A DNA stretch of 64,000 bases from the NCBI GenBank assembly GCA_965279525.1, contig CBDIIB010000005.1:32001-96000 (forward strand), in the 5' to 3' direction. Source of the stretch: Tagaea sp. Its GTDB lineage: Bacteria > Pseudomonadota > Alphaproteobacteria > CACIAM-22H2. The translations under genes and the position numbers were made by a program. The notes under the pieces were generated by a model that had not been told where the DNA came from, did not search any database, and worked only from the letters and a program-made list of their open reading frames with translations. The number at the start of each line of letters is the position of its first letter. Position 1 is the first letter of the stretch. This document shows positions 1 through 10,528 of this stretch, in pieces.

Positions 1-720
<720 letters not shown>

Positions 721-850
721 GGCGTTTCCTCGGGGATGTCTGCCTGGCGGATAGGTGGCCTGTTCGGGATCGGGTGCACGGGTCGATGCCCCGCACCTCT
801 CTTTTGGATCAGGCCCTTGCCTATCACGTGTTTCAGATTGTTTCCAGCCT

Positions 851-1924
851 TCAGGCGTTGGTGGCGCGCACCGCTTCGACGACCGCGTCGGTGACTTTCC
901 GGGTGTCGGCTCTGCCGCCCAGATCGGCCGTATGCAAGCCGGGATCGGCGGTCACGCGCTCGATCGCCGCCATCAGGCGCGCGGCGGCCGCCGGCTCGCC
1001 CAGATGCTCGAGCATCATCACGGCCGACCAGAACGTGCCGACCGGATTGGCGATGCCCTTGCCCATGATGTCGAAGGCCGAGCCGTGGATCGGCTCGAAC
1101 ATCGAGGGAAATTTCCGCTCGGGATTGAGATTGGCGGTGGGTGCGATGCCGATCGAACCGGCGAGTGCGGCGGCAAGATCGGAAAGGATGTCGGCATGCA
1201 GGTTCGTCGCGACGATCGTGTCGAGCGAGGCGGGCTTGCGCACCATGCGCACCGTCATCGCGTCGACCAGTTCCTTGTCCCACGAAACGTCGGGAAATTC
1301 GCGCGCGGTCTCGGCGGCGATCTCGTCCCACATGACCATGCCGTGGCGCTGCGCGTTGGATTTGGTCACGACCGTGAGCTTGCGCCGCGGACGCGAACGG
1401 GCGAGCGCGAAGGCGAAGCGCATGATGCGCGCGACGCCCGCACGCGTGAAGATCGAGGTCTCGGTCGCCACTTCCTCGGGCAGGCCGCGGTGCGTGCGCC
1501 CGCCCTGCCCGGCATATTCGCCCTCGGAATTCTCGCGCACGATGATCCAGTCGAGATCCTTCGCCGTCACGCCGGCGAGCGGCGAGGCGATGCCCGGAAG
1601 TATGCGCGTCGGGCGCACGTTGGCGTACTGGTCGAAAGGCTGGCAGATCGCGAGGCGAAGGCCCCACAGCGTGACGTGGTCCGGCACGTCGGGCATGCCG
1701 ACGGCGCCGAAATAGATCGCGTCGAACGGCTTGAGCTGCACGAGCCCGTCGTCGGGCATCATCTTGCCGTGGCGCTTGTAATAGTCGCTGCCCCAGTCGA
1801 AGGAAGTCACGTCGAGTGCAAATCCCTCGCGCGCGGCAAGTGCCTCGAGCACGCGCAGGCCCGCCGGCACGACTTCCTTGCCGATTCCGTCGCCGGGAAT
1901 CGCGGCGATGCGATGGCGTTTCAT
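851..1924 (-). CDS. Tartrate dehydrogenase / D-malate dehydrogenase (decarboxylating), IDH/IPMDH family
   Basis: IPGDGIGKEV, DQYANVRP, RENSEGEY, FEPIHGSAFDI motifs. Confidence 0.9.
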   Translation of the reverse strand: MKRHRIAAIPGDGIGKEVVPAGLRVLEALAAREGFALDVTSFDWGSDYYKRHGKMMPDDGLVQLKPFDAIYFGAVGMPDVPDHVTLWGLRLAICQPFDQYANVRPTRILPGIASPLAGVTAKDLDWIIVRENSEGEYAGQGGRTHRGLPEEVATETSIFTRAGVARIMRFAFALARSRPRRKLTVVTKSNAQRHGMVMWDEIAAETAREFPDVSWDKELVDAMTVRMVRKPASLDTIVATNLHADILSDLAAALAGSIGIAPTANLNPERKFPSMFEPIHGSAFDIMGKGIANPVGTFWSAVMMLEHLGEPAAAARLMAAIERVTADPGLHTADLGGRADTRKVTDAVVEAVRATNA

Positions 1925-2017
1925 ATGTGCTTCCTCATCTTCTCATTGCTCCGGCAGGCGCGGACTCTGATATACGAAATCGTCGGTGACCGGTAGGGAT
2001 CGGAGGCGGCTCGCGCA

Positions 2018-2746
2018 ATGTCGGTTTGGGGAAGTCTTCTCGGCGGAACGGCCGGTTACGCGCTTGGCGGCCCGCTCGGCGCCCTGATCGGTGCGGCCGC
2101 CGGCCACGCGATCGCGCGTGCGGCCTTCCGCAGCCCCGAGGACGAGGCGGCCGAGAAGCAGGTCGCCTTCACCATCGCGACGGTCGCCCTCGCGGCAAAG
2201 ATGGCCAAGGCAGACGGCGAGGTCTGCGCGCGCGAGAAAGCCGCATTCGCGCGCCTGTTCCGTTTCGACGAGGCCGAACGGCGCAACGTCGAGCGCGTGT
2301 TCGATCTCGCCACACGCTCGACCGCCGGCTACGAGGCCTATGCCCGCCAGGTCGCGGGCCTGTTCCCCAAAGGAGCACCCGCACTCGAGGAACTGCTCGA
2401 CTGCCTGTTCCACATCGCGGAATCCAACGGCGAGGTGACGGCGTCGGAGACCGAGTATCTTGCCGAGGTCGCGCGCATCTTCGGCATCGACACGCGCGAC
2501 TTCGAAGCCCTGCGCGAAGCCCAGCGCGGCCCGGACGATGCCGATCCCTGGCGGGTCCTCGGCATTCCACGCGATGCCGACGAAGAAACCGCGCGCAAGG
2601 CGTGGCGCGAACTCGTGCGCACGCACCATCCCGACGTGCTCACCGGCCAGGGCATGCCGCCCGAGTTCGTGGCGCTCGCCAACGCGCGTCTTTCGGTCAT
2701 CAACGCGGCCTGGGACAAGGTACGCAAGGGCAAGGGCTGGAAATGA
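2018..2746 (+). CDS. djlA: DjlA-type co-chaperone (TerB-like domain plus C-terminal J domain)
   Basis: Gly-rich N-terminal membrane segment, AKMAKADG, C-terminal HHPD motif. Confidence 0.85.
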   Translation: MSVWGSLLGGTAGYALGGPLGALIGAAAGHAIARAAFRSPEDEAAEKQVAFTIATVALAAKMAKADGEVCAREKAAFARLFRFDEAERRNVERVFDLATRSTAGYEAYARQVAGLFPKGAPALEELLDCLFHIAESNGEVTASETEYLAEVARIFGIDTRDFEALREAQRGPDDADPWRVLGIPRDADEETARKAWRELVRTHHPDVLTGQGMPPEFVALANARLSVINAAWDKVRKGKGWK

Positions 2747-3624
2747 AGCCGATCGACGTCGCCCTCGTGCTCGGCGTGATGGTGTTCTGGGGGCTCAATT
2801 TCGTCTTCGGGAAATGGGCGGTCGTCGAACTGCCGCCGATCTTCGCCATCGCGTGCCGCTTCACGCTCGTGGCCCTCATCCTGCTGCCGTTCGTGCGCGT
2901 GCCGCGCGGCGACCTGCTGCGCATCCTGCTGCTGTCGCTGACGCTGGGCTGCATCCATTTCAGCCTGTTCTTCACCGGCCTGTCCGGGCTCGATCCGGGC
3001 CTCAGCTCGATCGTGGCGCAGAGCCAGGCACCCTTCGCCACGCTGATCGGCGCCTATCTCTACAAGGACTATCCGGGCTGGCGGCGCTGGCTTGGCATGT
3101 CGCTCGCGTTCATCGGGATCTGGGTCGCGGCGGGCGAGCCGCGCATCGGCGGCGGCTATTTCTACATCTCGCTCTGCCTGGCGGGATCGCTCGTCTGGGC
3201 GGTCGCCAATTTCCAGATCAAGGCGCTGGGGCGGGTCGACAATTTCGCGCTCAACGCCTACATGGCGCTGTTCGCGGTCCCCATGCTGCTGGCGGTTTCC
3301 TTCACGCTCGAGTCCGGGCATGTCGAGGCGATCCGCACCGCCAGCGTCTATGCCTGGTTCGGCGTCGTCTACATGGCGGTCGTGATCTCGGTGTGCACGT
3401 ACTGGGTCTGGTACCGCCTGCTGCGCCGCTACGAGGTGAACCTCGTGGTGCCCTATTCGCTGCTGGTCCCGGTGTTCGGCGTGATGTCGGGCGTGCTGCT
3501 GGCCGACGATCCGCTGGGCTGGCGGACCATCGCGGGCTGCCTCGTCACGGTCGCCGGCGTTGGCATCATCACGATGCGCCGGCCCGGCATGTCCGATCCC
3601 GAAGCGCAGTCCAAGTCCACATGA
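2743..3624 (+). CDS. EamA/DMT family transporter
   Basis: About 10 hydrophobic helices, WGLNFV motif; ATGA overlap with djlA. Confidence 0.9.
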   Translation: MKPIDVALVLGVMVFWGLNFVFGKWAVVELPPIFAIACRFTLVALILLPFVRVPRGDLLRILLLSLTLGCIHFSLFFTGLSGLDPGLSSIVAQSQAPFATLIGAYLYKDYPGWRRWLGMSLAFIGIWVAAGEPRIGGGYFYISLCLAGSLVWAVANFQIKALGRVDNFALNAYMALFAVPMLLAVSFTLESGHVEAIRTASVYAWFGVVYMAVVISVCTYWVWYRLLRRYEVNLVVPYSLLVPVFGVMSGVLLADDPLGWRTIAGCLVTVAGVGIITMRRPGMSDPEAQSKST

Positions 3625-4358
3625 AGCGCATCTCCAGCCCGTCGCCGAATTTCGACGCGCGCCCCGAAGGCGTGCGCCCCGAGCTGCTGGTGCTGCACTA
3701 TACCGACACGAACACGCTCGCCGAGACGCTCGGCATCCTCCTCGATCCGGCGCGCAAGGTGAGCGCACACTACGTCCTCGACGAGGACGGCACGGTGCAT
3801 TCGCTCGTCGACGAGAACGCGCGCGCCTGGCACGCCGGTGTCGCGTGCTGGCGCGGGCTTCGCGACGTCAACGCGCGCTCGATCGGCATCGAGATCCAGA
3901 ATCCCGGACACCGCTGCGGCTACCGCGCGTTTCCCGAAGCCCAGATCGAAGCGCTGGCCACGCTGTGCCGGGAAATCGTCGCGCGGCACGCGATCGCGCC
4001 GCGCGACATCGTCGGCCATTCCGACGTGGCACCGGCGCGCAAGCGCGATCCGGGCGAACTGTTCCCGTGGGAACGGCTGGCGCAGGAAGGCGTCGGGCTT
4101 TTCCCGTCCGGCGTGGCACCGCGCCGGCGCGTCGTGCGCGACTTCGGCCCGGGCGAGCACGACGAGGCAATCCTCGCGGCCCAGAACGATCTCGCGCGGT
4201 TCGGCTATGACTGCCCGGCCACCGGCACGCTCGATGAAGCGACCGAGGCCGCGCTCGTCGCCTTCCAGCGCCGCTTCCGGCCCGCGCGTTTCGACGGCCG
4301 GCTCGACGGCGAGACGCAGGCCCGGCTCAGTGCTCTCCTCGCCCAAATTTTCCACTAG
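3621..4358 (+). CDS. N-acetylmuramoyl-L-alanine amidase (Amidase_2 plus PG-binding domain)
   Basis: LVLHYT, VSAHY, AWHAG, SIGIE, GHSDVAPARKRDPG, AFQRRFRP. Confidence 0.92.
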   Translation: MKRISSPSPNFDARPEGVRPELLVLHYTDTNTLAETLGILLDPARKVSAHYVLDEDGTVHSLVDENARAWHAGVACWRGLRDVNARSIGIEIQNPGHRCGYRAFPEAQIEALATLCREIVARHAIAPRDIVGHSDVAPARKRDPGELFPWERLAQEGVGLFPSGVAPRRRVVRDFGPGEHDEAILAAQNDLARFGYDCPATGTLDEATEAALVAFQRRFRPARFDGRLDGETQARLSALLAQIFH

Positions 4359-4425
4359 ACAAATTTCTTGGATAAGTTATAAAAACTCAACGAAACCAAT
4401 TACTTACAATCGTATAGGGGGCACA

Positions 4426-4836
4426 ATGGTAGTCGCACTTTACCCGGCCATCCTCGAGTTCAACGACCCGGAATTCGTGGTCACGTTTCCGGATCTGGCG
4501 GGCTGTCGCGCGGTCGGCAGCACGCAGGACGACGCGGTCTGCAACGGCCTGTCGGCCCTGACCTTGTGGATTGAAAAGAAGGCCGCTTCGGGCGACGAGC
4601 CGCCCGAGCCCACGCCGCTCGACCAGTTGCCGGCAGAGCGCGGCCTGCACGAGGTGGCGCGCCTGCTGCTGAAGGCCGACGTGACGGGCCGCGTGCTGCG
4701 CCTCAACATCAGCCTCGACGAGGGGATTGTATCACTCGCCGATCGCCGCGCCGGCCATCAGGGCATGACGCGATCGGGCTATATCGCCTCGCTGATCCGC
4801 GCCGATCTCGCACGCGTCGGCCGCGCGCGGCGCTAG
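4426..4836 (+). CDS. hicB: HicB-family antitoxin (no adjacent hicA)
   Basis: YPAIL...FVVTFPDLAGC..VGST N-terminal domain and RLNISLDEG...MTRSGYI RHH C-terminus. Confidence 0.8.
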   Translation: MVVALYPAILEFNDPEFVVTFPDLAGCRAVGSTQDDAVCNGLSALTLWIEKKAASGDEPPEPTPLDQLPAERGLHEVARLLLKADVTGRVLRLNISLDEGIVSLADRRAGHQGMTRSGYIASLIRADLARVGRARR

Positions 4837-4877
4837 GCTCCGGTTGACGGGCCCTTCGGTTCGGCGCATCTAGGCGG

Positions 4878-5267
4878 CGCCAGACGGTCGGATGGCCGCG
4901 GGGGCGCAAGCCTTCGAGGAAAGTCCGGGCTCCACGGAAATAAAGGTGCCGGGTAACGCCCGGCGGGGGCGACCCCAGGGACAGTGCAACAGAAAGCATA
5001 CCGCCAACCGGGCTTCGGCCCGCGGCAAGGGTGAAAGGGTGGGGTAAGAGCCCACCGCAGACGCGGCAACGCGGCTGGCACGGCAAACCCCACCTGGAGC
5101 AAGACCAAATAGGGGCGGCACGCGGGACCTTCGGGTCCCGCAATCTGTTTCCGGACAGCCGCCCGGGTCGGTCGCGTGAGGTGCCTGGCGACAGGCATCC
5201 CAGAGGAATGGTCATCGCCGGTTCCGCAAGGAGCCGGAACAGAACCCGGCTTACAGACCGTCTGGCG
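4878..5267 (+). ncRNA. rnpB: RNase P RNA, bacterial type A
   Basis: GAGGAAAGTCCGGGCTCC, AGTGCAACAGAAAG, ACAGAACCCGGCTTA; P1 pairing CGCCAGACGGTC/GACCGTCTGGCG. Confidence 0.97.
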
Positions 5268-5432
5268 TTTTCCTCAATTCGAACGGCTTCGCGCCCTCCC
5301 CGCGCCATCGGCGTGCCGTGCGCGCGCCCTAATTCTTGAGTAAAACAGTCGGATTCACCGTTAAATTTGGTTAATGGATGTATGATCGCGACCAAAAGAA
5401 CGGAACGTGTTCGTGGCGGAACAGGGGCTTAG

Positions 5433-5477
5433 CCCATTGACGCCCATATACTCCCATGCTATCCCATATTGTCCCAC
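5433..5477 (+). promoter_or_regulatory. dcw promoter with MraZ-binding repeats
   Basis: Five CCCA motifs at exact 10-bp period (5433, 5443, 5453, 5463, 5473) overlapping TTGACG-N17-TATCCC. Confidence 0.75.
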
Positions 5478-5591
5478 GACCTCTAACCTTCGCGAAGGTG
5501 AGGCGCGTGGGTCCGCGCGGAAAGACGAATTTCTCCCGTTTTTCAAGGCGTTGCGAGGGTGGAGACGGAACCGGGGATACCGGCGCGGAAG

Positions 5592-6017
5592 ATGGCCAAG
5601 ACCGCGTTCATCGGCACATACCGTTTCAGGATCGACCGGAAGGGGCGCGTCTCCGTTCCGGCCGACTTCCGGGCCGTGCTCGCCGCCAAGGGCGAGGACG
5701 GGCTGAACGTGCTGCCGTGGGCCGGCCCCTCGGTACGCGCGATCGGCAACGACGTGCTCGCGAAGATCGCCGAAACCGCCGACCCGCTTGCCGCGTTCGA
5801 CGCCGCCCCGCTCGGCAATGCCGCGATCCTCGCGGCCGACCTCATTCCGCTGTCGCTCGACGCCGAAGGCCGCGTGCTGCTGCCCGAAGCGCTGGTGGCG
5901 CACTGCAAGCTCGGCGAGATCGCCGCCTTCGCCGGCCGCAACACGTTCTTCGAGATCTGGAACCCCGATGCGCTCGAGGCCTACCAGGCCGCGCGACGCG
6001 CGAGCCCGGGGGCATAA
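5592..6017 (+). CDS. mraZ: Transcriptional repressor MraZ
   Basis: [14 protein letters not shown] and [10 protein letters not shown] repeats; first gene of dcw cluster. Confidence 0.92.
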   Translation: MAKTAFIGTYRFRIDRKGRVSVPADFRAVLAAKGEDGLNVLPWAGPSVRAIGNDVLAKIAETADPLAAFDAAPLGNAAILAADLIPLSLDAEGRVLLPEALVAHCKLGEIAAFAGRNTFFEIWNPDALEAYQAARRASPGA

Positions 6018-6022
6018 GCCGC

Positions 6023-7012
6023 ATGGACGAGCCGGCCGTGCCCGAAGTTTCACCCCACGATGCGGCGCATGTCCCGGTCCTGCTTGCCGAAACGCTGGCC
6101 GCCCTCGCGGTGCGCGACGGCGGACGATATCTCGACGGCACGTTCGGTGCTGGCGGCTACACGCGCGCGATCCTTGCGGCGGCCGACTGCCGCGTCGTGG
6201 CGATCGACCGCGATCCCGACGCGCTGGCGCGCGGGAATTCCCTGAAAGCGCAGTACGGCGCGCGCCTGACGCTGGTCGAGGGCCGCTTCGGCGCACTCGA
6301 CGAAGTGGCGCATGAAGCCGGCTTCGAAGCACTCGACGGCGTGGCGCTCGACATCGGCGTCTCCTCCTCGCAGATCGACGAACCCGCGCGCGGCTTTTCC
6401 TTCCGCTTCGACGGCCCGCTCGACATGCGTATGGAAAAGAGCGGGACGAGTGCCGCCGACATCGTGAACTCCTGGGGCGAAACGGAACTCGCCGACACGA
6501 TCTTCCAGCTCGGCGAGGAACGCCATTCGCGCCGCGTGGCGCGCGCGATCGTCGCCGCACGCAAGGAAAAGCGCATCGAGCGCACTAGCGAACTCGCGCG
6601 CATCGTGCGTTCGGCCGTTCCCCGCTCGAAGGACGGCATCGATCCGGCCACGCGCACGTTCCAGGCGCTGCGCATCGCGACGAACGACGAGCTTGGCGAA
6701 CTCGCGCGCGGCCTTGCCGCCGCCGAACGCGTGCTCGCCCCCGGCGGGCGGCTTGCCGTCGTGTCGTTCCATTCGCTCGAGGACCGCGCGGTGAAGCGCT
6801 TCCTGAAGGCACGCTCGGGCGAAGCCGATCGCGGCTCGCGCCACTTGCCCGCGCGCGCGACGGGTGCCGCCCCCAGTTTCAAGCTCGTCTCGCGCAAGGG
6901 CATCCGTCCCGGCGCGGCGGAGGCCGACGCCAACCCGCGCGCCCGTTCGGCGACGCTGCGCGTGGCCGAACGCACGGAAGCACCCGCATGGGTCACGGAG
7001 GAAGCGGCATGA
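6023..7012 (+). CDS. rsmH: 16S rRNA m4C1402 methyltransferase
   Basis: [37 protein letters not shown]. Confidence 0.97.
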   Translation: MDEPAVPEVSPHDAAHVPVLLAETLAALAVRDGGRYLDGTFGAGGYTRAILAAADCRVVAIDRDPDALARGNSLKAQYGARLTLVEGRFGALDEVAHEAGFEALDGVALDIGVSSSQIDEPARGFSFRFDGPLDMRMEKSGTSAADIVNSWGETELADTIFQLGEERHSRRVARAIVAARKEKRIERTSELARIVRSAVPRSKDGIDPATRTFQALRIATNDELGELARGLAAAERVLAPGGRLAVVSFHSLEDRAVKRFLKARSGEADRGSRHLPARATGAAPSFKLVSRKGIRPGAAEADANPRARSATLRVAERTEAPAWVTEEAA

Positions 7013-7362
7013 TCCGCATCGCCACGTGGCTGTGGATCGCCATCGCCGGCGCGATGGGCTACGGGCTCTACCAGCTCAAGCACGAGGTGCTGGCGCTGGA
7101 GAACGAGCTGTTCCGTCTCAACCGGCAGATCGTCCAGGAACAGCAGAACATCCACGTGCTGAAGGCGGAGTGGAGCTACATCAACCAGCCCGGCCGCCTG
7201 CAGGCACTCGCCCAGCGCCATCTCGACCTGCAGCCGATGTCGCCCAAACAGTTCGGCCGTCTCGATGCGTTGCCGACATTGCCCGCACAGCTCCAGCCCG
7301 CGGGGCCGGGCGTGCGCGTGACCGCGGTACCGGCACCCGCCCGCCCGACGGAGACGCGCTAG
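7009..7362 (+). CDS. ftsL: Cell division protein FtsL-like
   Basis: TM segment plus coiled coil, LKAEWSY..P.RL; lies between rsmH and ftsI. Confidence 0.8.
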   Translation: MIRIATWLWIAIAGAMGYGLYQLKHEVLALENELFRLNRQIVQEQQNIHVLKAEWSYINQPGRLQALAQRHLDLQPMSPKQFGRLDALPTLPAQLQPAGPGVRVTAVPAPARPTETR

Positions 7363-9066
7363 ATGGCGACGCGCCTTTCCGACATCGTGCGCGCCATTCC
7401 CGCCCGCCTGCGCCTGCAGGGCACCGCCGCGCGCTCGATGGAAACGGCACGCCACCGCCTCGTCATCGGCGGGCTGCTCTTCGCGGTCGCCTTCGCGGTC
7501 GTCTCGGTGCGCCTCGTCGACGTGACGCTGCTGGCCGAAGTGCGTGAGCCGCGTCCGGCCCGCGTGCCCAATACCGGGCCGCTCGACCTCGCGCGCGCCG
7601 ACATCGTCGACCGCAATGGCGTGCTTCTCGCCACGTCGCTCGTCACGCAGTCGCTCTACGCGAACCCCAAGCTGATCGGCGATGCCGCGACGATCGCACG
7701 GCGCCTCGCCGCCGTGCTGCCGGGTCTCGACGAGAAGGCGGTGCGCGAGCGCCTTGCAGCGGAAACCCGCAGCTTCGTGTGGATCCGGCGCAACCTCACG
7801 CCGCGCCAGCAGTACGAGGTCAACCGGCTCGGCGTGCCGGGCCTGTTCTTCCAGCGCGAGGAGCGGCGCGTCTATCCGCACGGCACGCTCGCCAGCCACG
7901 TCGTGGGCTTCTCCGACGTCGACAACCGCGGCCTTGCGGGCGTCGAACAGGCGTTCGACGAGCGGCTGAAGGCCGATGCCGGCCCGCTGAAGCTTTCGAT
8001 CGACGTGCGCGTCCAGCATGCCGTACGCGAGGAGATCCAGCGCGCGATCGACGATTTCAGCGCCATCGGCGGCATGGGCGTGGTGCTCGACGTCAACACC
8101 GGCGAGACGCTCGCGATGGTGTCGCTGCCCGACTTCGATTCCAATGCCCCCGGCCTTGCCGACGCGGAAAGCCGCTTCAACCGCAACACGCTCGGCACGT
8201 ACGAGATGGGCTCGACGTTCAAGATCTTCACGGCCGCGATGGGTTTCGACGCCGGTGCGGTACGCATGCAGGACAGCTGGGACGCGAGCCGGCCCTACAA
8301 CATCGGCCGCTTCACGATCTCGGATTTCAAGGGGAAGAACCGCTGGCTCTCGACGCCGGAGGTCTTCATCTATTCGTCGAACCTGGGCGCCTTGCGCATG
8401 GCGCTGCAGATCGGCGTTTCCCGCCAGCGCGATTTTCTCGACCGCGTCGGCTTCCTGAAGCCCTCGCCCATCGAGCTGCCGGAAGTCTCCCATCCGCTGG
8501 TCCCCAAGCCGTGGCGCGAGATCAACGCGATGACGATCGCCTTCGGGCACGGCATCACCGTCTCGCCCATGCAGCTCGTCTCGGCCACGGCCGCGTCGGT
8601 CGGCGGCGGCATCATGCGCGCACCGACGATCCTGGCGCGCGAGCCGGGTGCGCGGGTCCCGGGCGAGCGCGTGATGAGTGCGGCGGCATCGACCCAGCTC
8701 AACCAGCTCATGCGCCTCAATGTCGAGAAGGGCTCGGGCAAGACCGCCGAGGTCGCCGGCTATTTCGTCGGCGGCAAGACGGGCACGGCCGAGAAAATCC
8801 AGCGCGGCGGCTACAAGAAGAACGCGCGCATCTCGTCGTTCGTCGCCTCGTTCCCGGCGCACGCCCCCCAGTACGTGCTGCTCGTCATGGTCGACGAGCC
8901 GCAGGGCAAGCGCGAGACCGGCGGCTACGCGACCGGCGGTGTCGTCGCGGCCCCCGCGGCCGGCCGCATCATCGCGCGCGTGGCCCCCATCCTGGGCGTG
9001 ACGCCGATGAACGAAGCGCCCCCCGACATCACCCGGCCGCTCCTTGCGGCCGCGAGCAGCCGGTAG
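7363..9066 (+). CDS. ftsI: Penicillin-binding protein 3
   Basis: RADIVDRNG, GSTFK, SSN, KTGT motifs. Confidence 0.95.
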   Translation: MATRLSDIVRAIPARLRLQGTAARSMETARHRLVIGGLLFAVAFAVVSVRLVDVTLLAEVREPRPARVPNTGPLDLARADIVDRNGVLLATSLVTQSLYANPKLIGDAATIARRLAAVLPGLDEKAVRERLAAETRSFVWIRRNLTPRQQYEVNRLGVPGLFFQREERRVYPHGTLASHVVGFSDVDNRGLAGVEQAFDERLKADAGPLKLSIDVRVQHAVREEIQRAIDDFSAIGGMGVVLDVNTGETLAMVSLPDFDSNAPGLADAESRFNRNTLGTYEMGSTFKIFTAAMGFDAGAVRMQDSWDASRPYNIGRFTISDFKGKNRWLSTPEVFIYSSNLGALRMALQIGVSRQRDFLDRVGFLKPSPIELPEVSHPLVPKPWREINAMTIAFGHGITVSPMQLVSATAASVGGGIMRAPTILAREPGARVPGERVMSAAASTQLNQLMRLNVEKGSGKTAEVAGYFVGGKTGTAEKIQRGGYKKNARISSFVASFPAHAPQYVLLVMVDEPQGKRETGGYATGGVVAAPAAGRIIARVAPILGVTPMNEAPPDITRPLLAAASSR

Positions 9067-9073
9067 GGGGCAG

Positions 9074-10528
9074 ATGAAATTGGGCCTGCTCCTCGACCAC
9101 GAGACCATCCTGCGCAACGCGGCCGGACGCGATCCCGAGATCGCCGGCGTGACGGCAGACTCGCGCGCCGTCGCGCGCGGCTTCCTGTTCGCGGCCTTGC
9201 CCGGCGCAAAGCACGACGGCCGCGCCTATGTCGGCGAAGCGCTGCGCCGGGGTGCGGCCGCGGTGCTCGCGGGCCCCGGTCTCGACCTGCCCGCAGGCGT
9301 GCCCTATGTCGAGGCGGCCAATCCGCGCCGCGCCTTCGCGCGTGCGGCCGCGCGCTTCGCAGGCGCCCAGCCGCGCACGGTCGTCGCCGTCACGGGAACC
9401 AGCGGCAAGACGTCGGTCGCGAGCTTCGCCCGCCAGATCTGGGACCATGCGGGCCGCAAGGCCGCGAGCCTGGGTACGCTGGGTCTCGTCGCCCCGCACA
9501 TGGCGCGCTACGGCGCGCTGACGACCGCCGATCCGGTCAGCCTGCACAAGGATCTCGCCGAGCTTGCCGCCGCCGGCGTCAATCACGTCGCGATCGAGGC
9601 GTCGAGCCACGGGCTCGACCAGTGCCGGCTCGACGGCGTGACGCTGACGGCCGCCGCTTTCACGAATCTCAGCCGCGACCATCTCGACTACCACCCGACG
9701 ATGGAAGCCTATCTCGCCGCCAAGCAGCGGCTGTTCGACACGCTGCTGCCGCAAGGTGCCGTCGCCGTGCTCAATGCCGATGCGCCCGAATACGCGGCCC
9801 TGCGCGACATCTGCCTTGCGCGCCGCCAGCGCGTGATCGGCTATGGCCGGACGGGCGACGACATCCGCCTCGTCTCGGCAACGCCCGTCCCGCAAGGGCA
9901 GGATCTCGAGATCGTCGCCTTCGGGAACGCGCGCCGCATCACGCTGCCGCTCGCCGGTGCCTTCCAGGCGATGAACGTGCTCGCCGCGGTCGGCCTCACG
10001 GTCGGCACCGGGCTTTCGCCGCACGCCGCCCTCGACGCGCTTCCCGCACTCGAAGGCGTGCCCGGCCGCCTGCAGCTTGCCGGCATCAAGGAAAATGGCG
10101 CTTCGGTCTATGTCGACTACGCGCACAAGCCCGACGCGCTGGCGACGATGCTCGACGCGCTGAAGCCGCATGTCGAGGGCCGGCTCGTCGTCGTGTTCGG
10201 CTGCGGCGGCGATCGCGACGCGGGCAAACGCCCGATCATGGGCCGCATCGCGAGCGAGCGCGCCGACCGCGTGATCGTCACGGACGACAATCCGCGCTCG
10301 GAAGATCCCGCGACGGTCCGCGCCGCCATCCTCGCTGCCGCCCCCGGTGCGATCGAGATCGCGTCTCGCGAAGACGCGATCCGCGCGGCGGTCGCCGGGC
10401 TCGGCGCCGGCGACGTGCTCGTGATCGCCGGCAAGGGCCACGAACGCGGCCAGATCGTCGGCGACGTGACGCTGCCCTTCGACGATTTCGAGCAGGCGCG
10501 TCTGGCACTGGCCGGAGGTGATGCATGA
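9074..10528 (+). CDS. murE: UDP-MurNAc-tripeptide ligase
   Basis: VTGTSGKT, DYAHKPD, DDNPR, AGKGHE. Confidence 0.96.
   Translation: MKLGLLLDHETILRNAAGRDPEIAGVTADSRAVARGFLFAALPGAKHDGRAYVGEALRRGAAAVLAGPGLDLPAGVPYVEAANPRRAFARAAARFAGAQPRTVVAVTGTSGKTSVASFARQIWDHAGRKAASLGTLGLVAPHMARYGALTTADPVSLHKDLAELAAAGVNHVAIEASSHGLDQCRLDGVTLTAAAFTNLSRDHLDYHPTMEAYLAAKQRLFDTLLPQGAVAVLNADAPEYAALRDICLARRQRVIGYGRTGDDIRLVSATPVPQGQDLEIVAFGNARRITLPLAGAFQAMNVLAAVGLTVGTGLSPHAALDALPALEGVPGRLQLAGIKENGASVYVDYAHKPDALATMLDALKPHVEGRLVVVFGCGGDRDAGKRPIMGRIASERADRVIVTDDNPRSEDPATVRAAILAAAPGAIEIASREDAIRAAVAGLGAGDVLVIAGKGHERGQIVGDVTLPFDDFEQARLALAGGDA

Noticed and set aside
5361-5374. CtrA box upstream of mraZ
   Set aside because: TTAA-N6-TTAA spacing is one base short of consensus; at most half sites.
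4709-5395. ORFs spanning 4709-5395
   Set aside because: They overlap the RNase P RNA gene.
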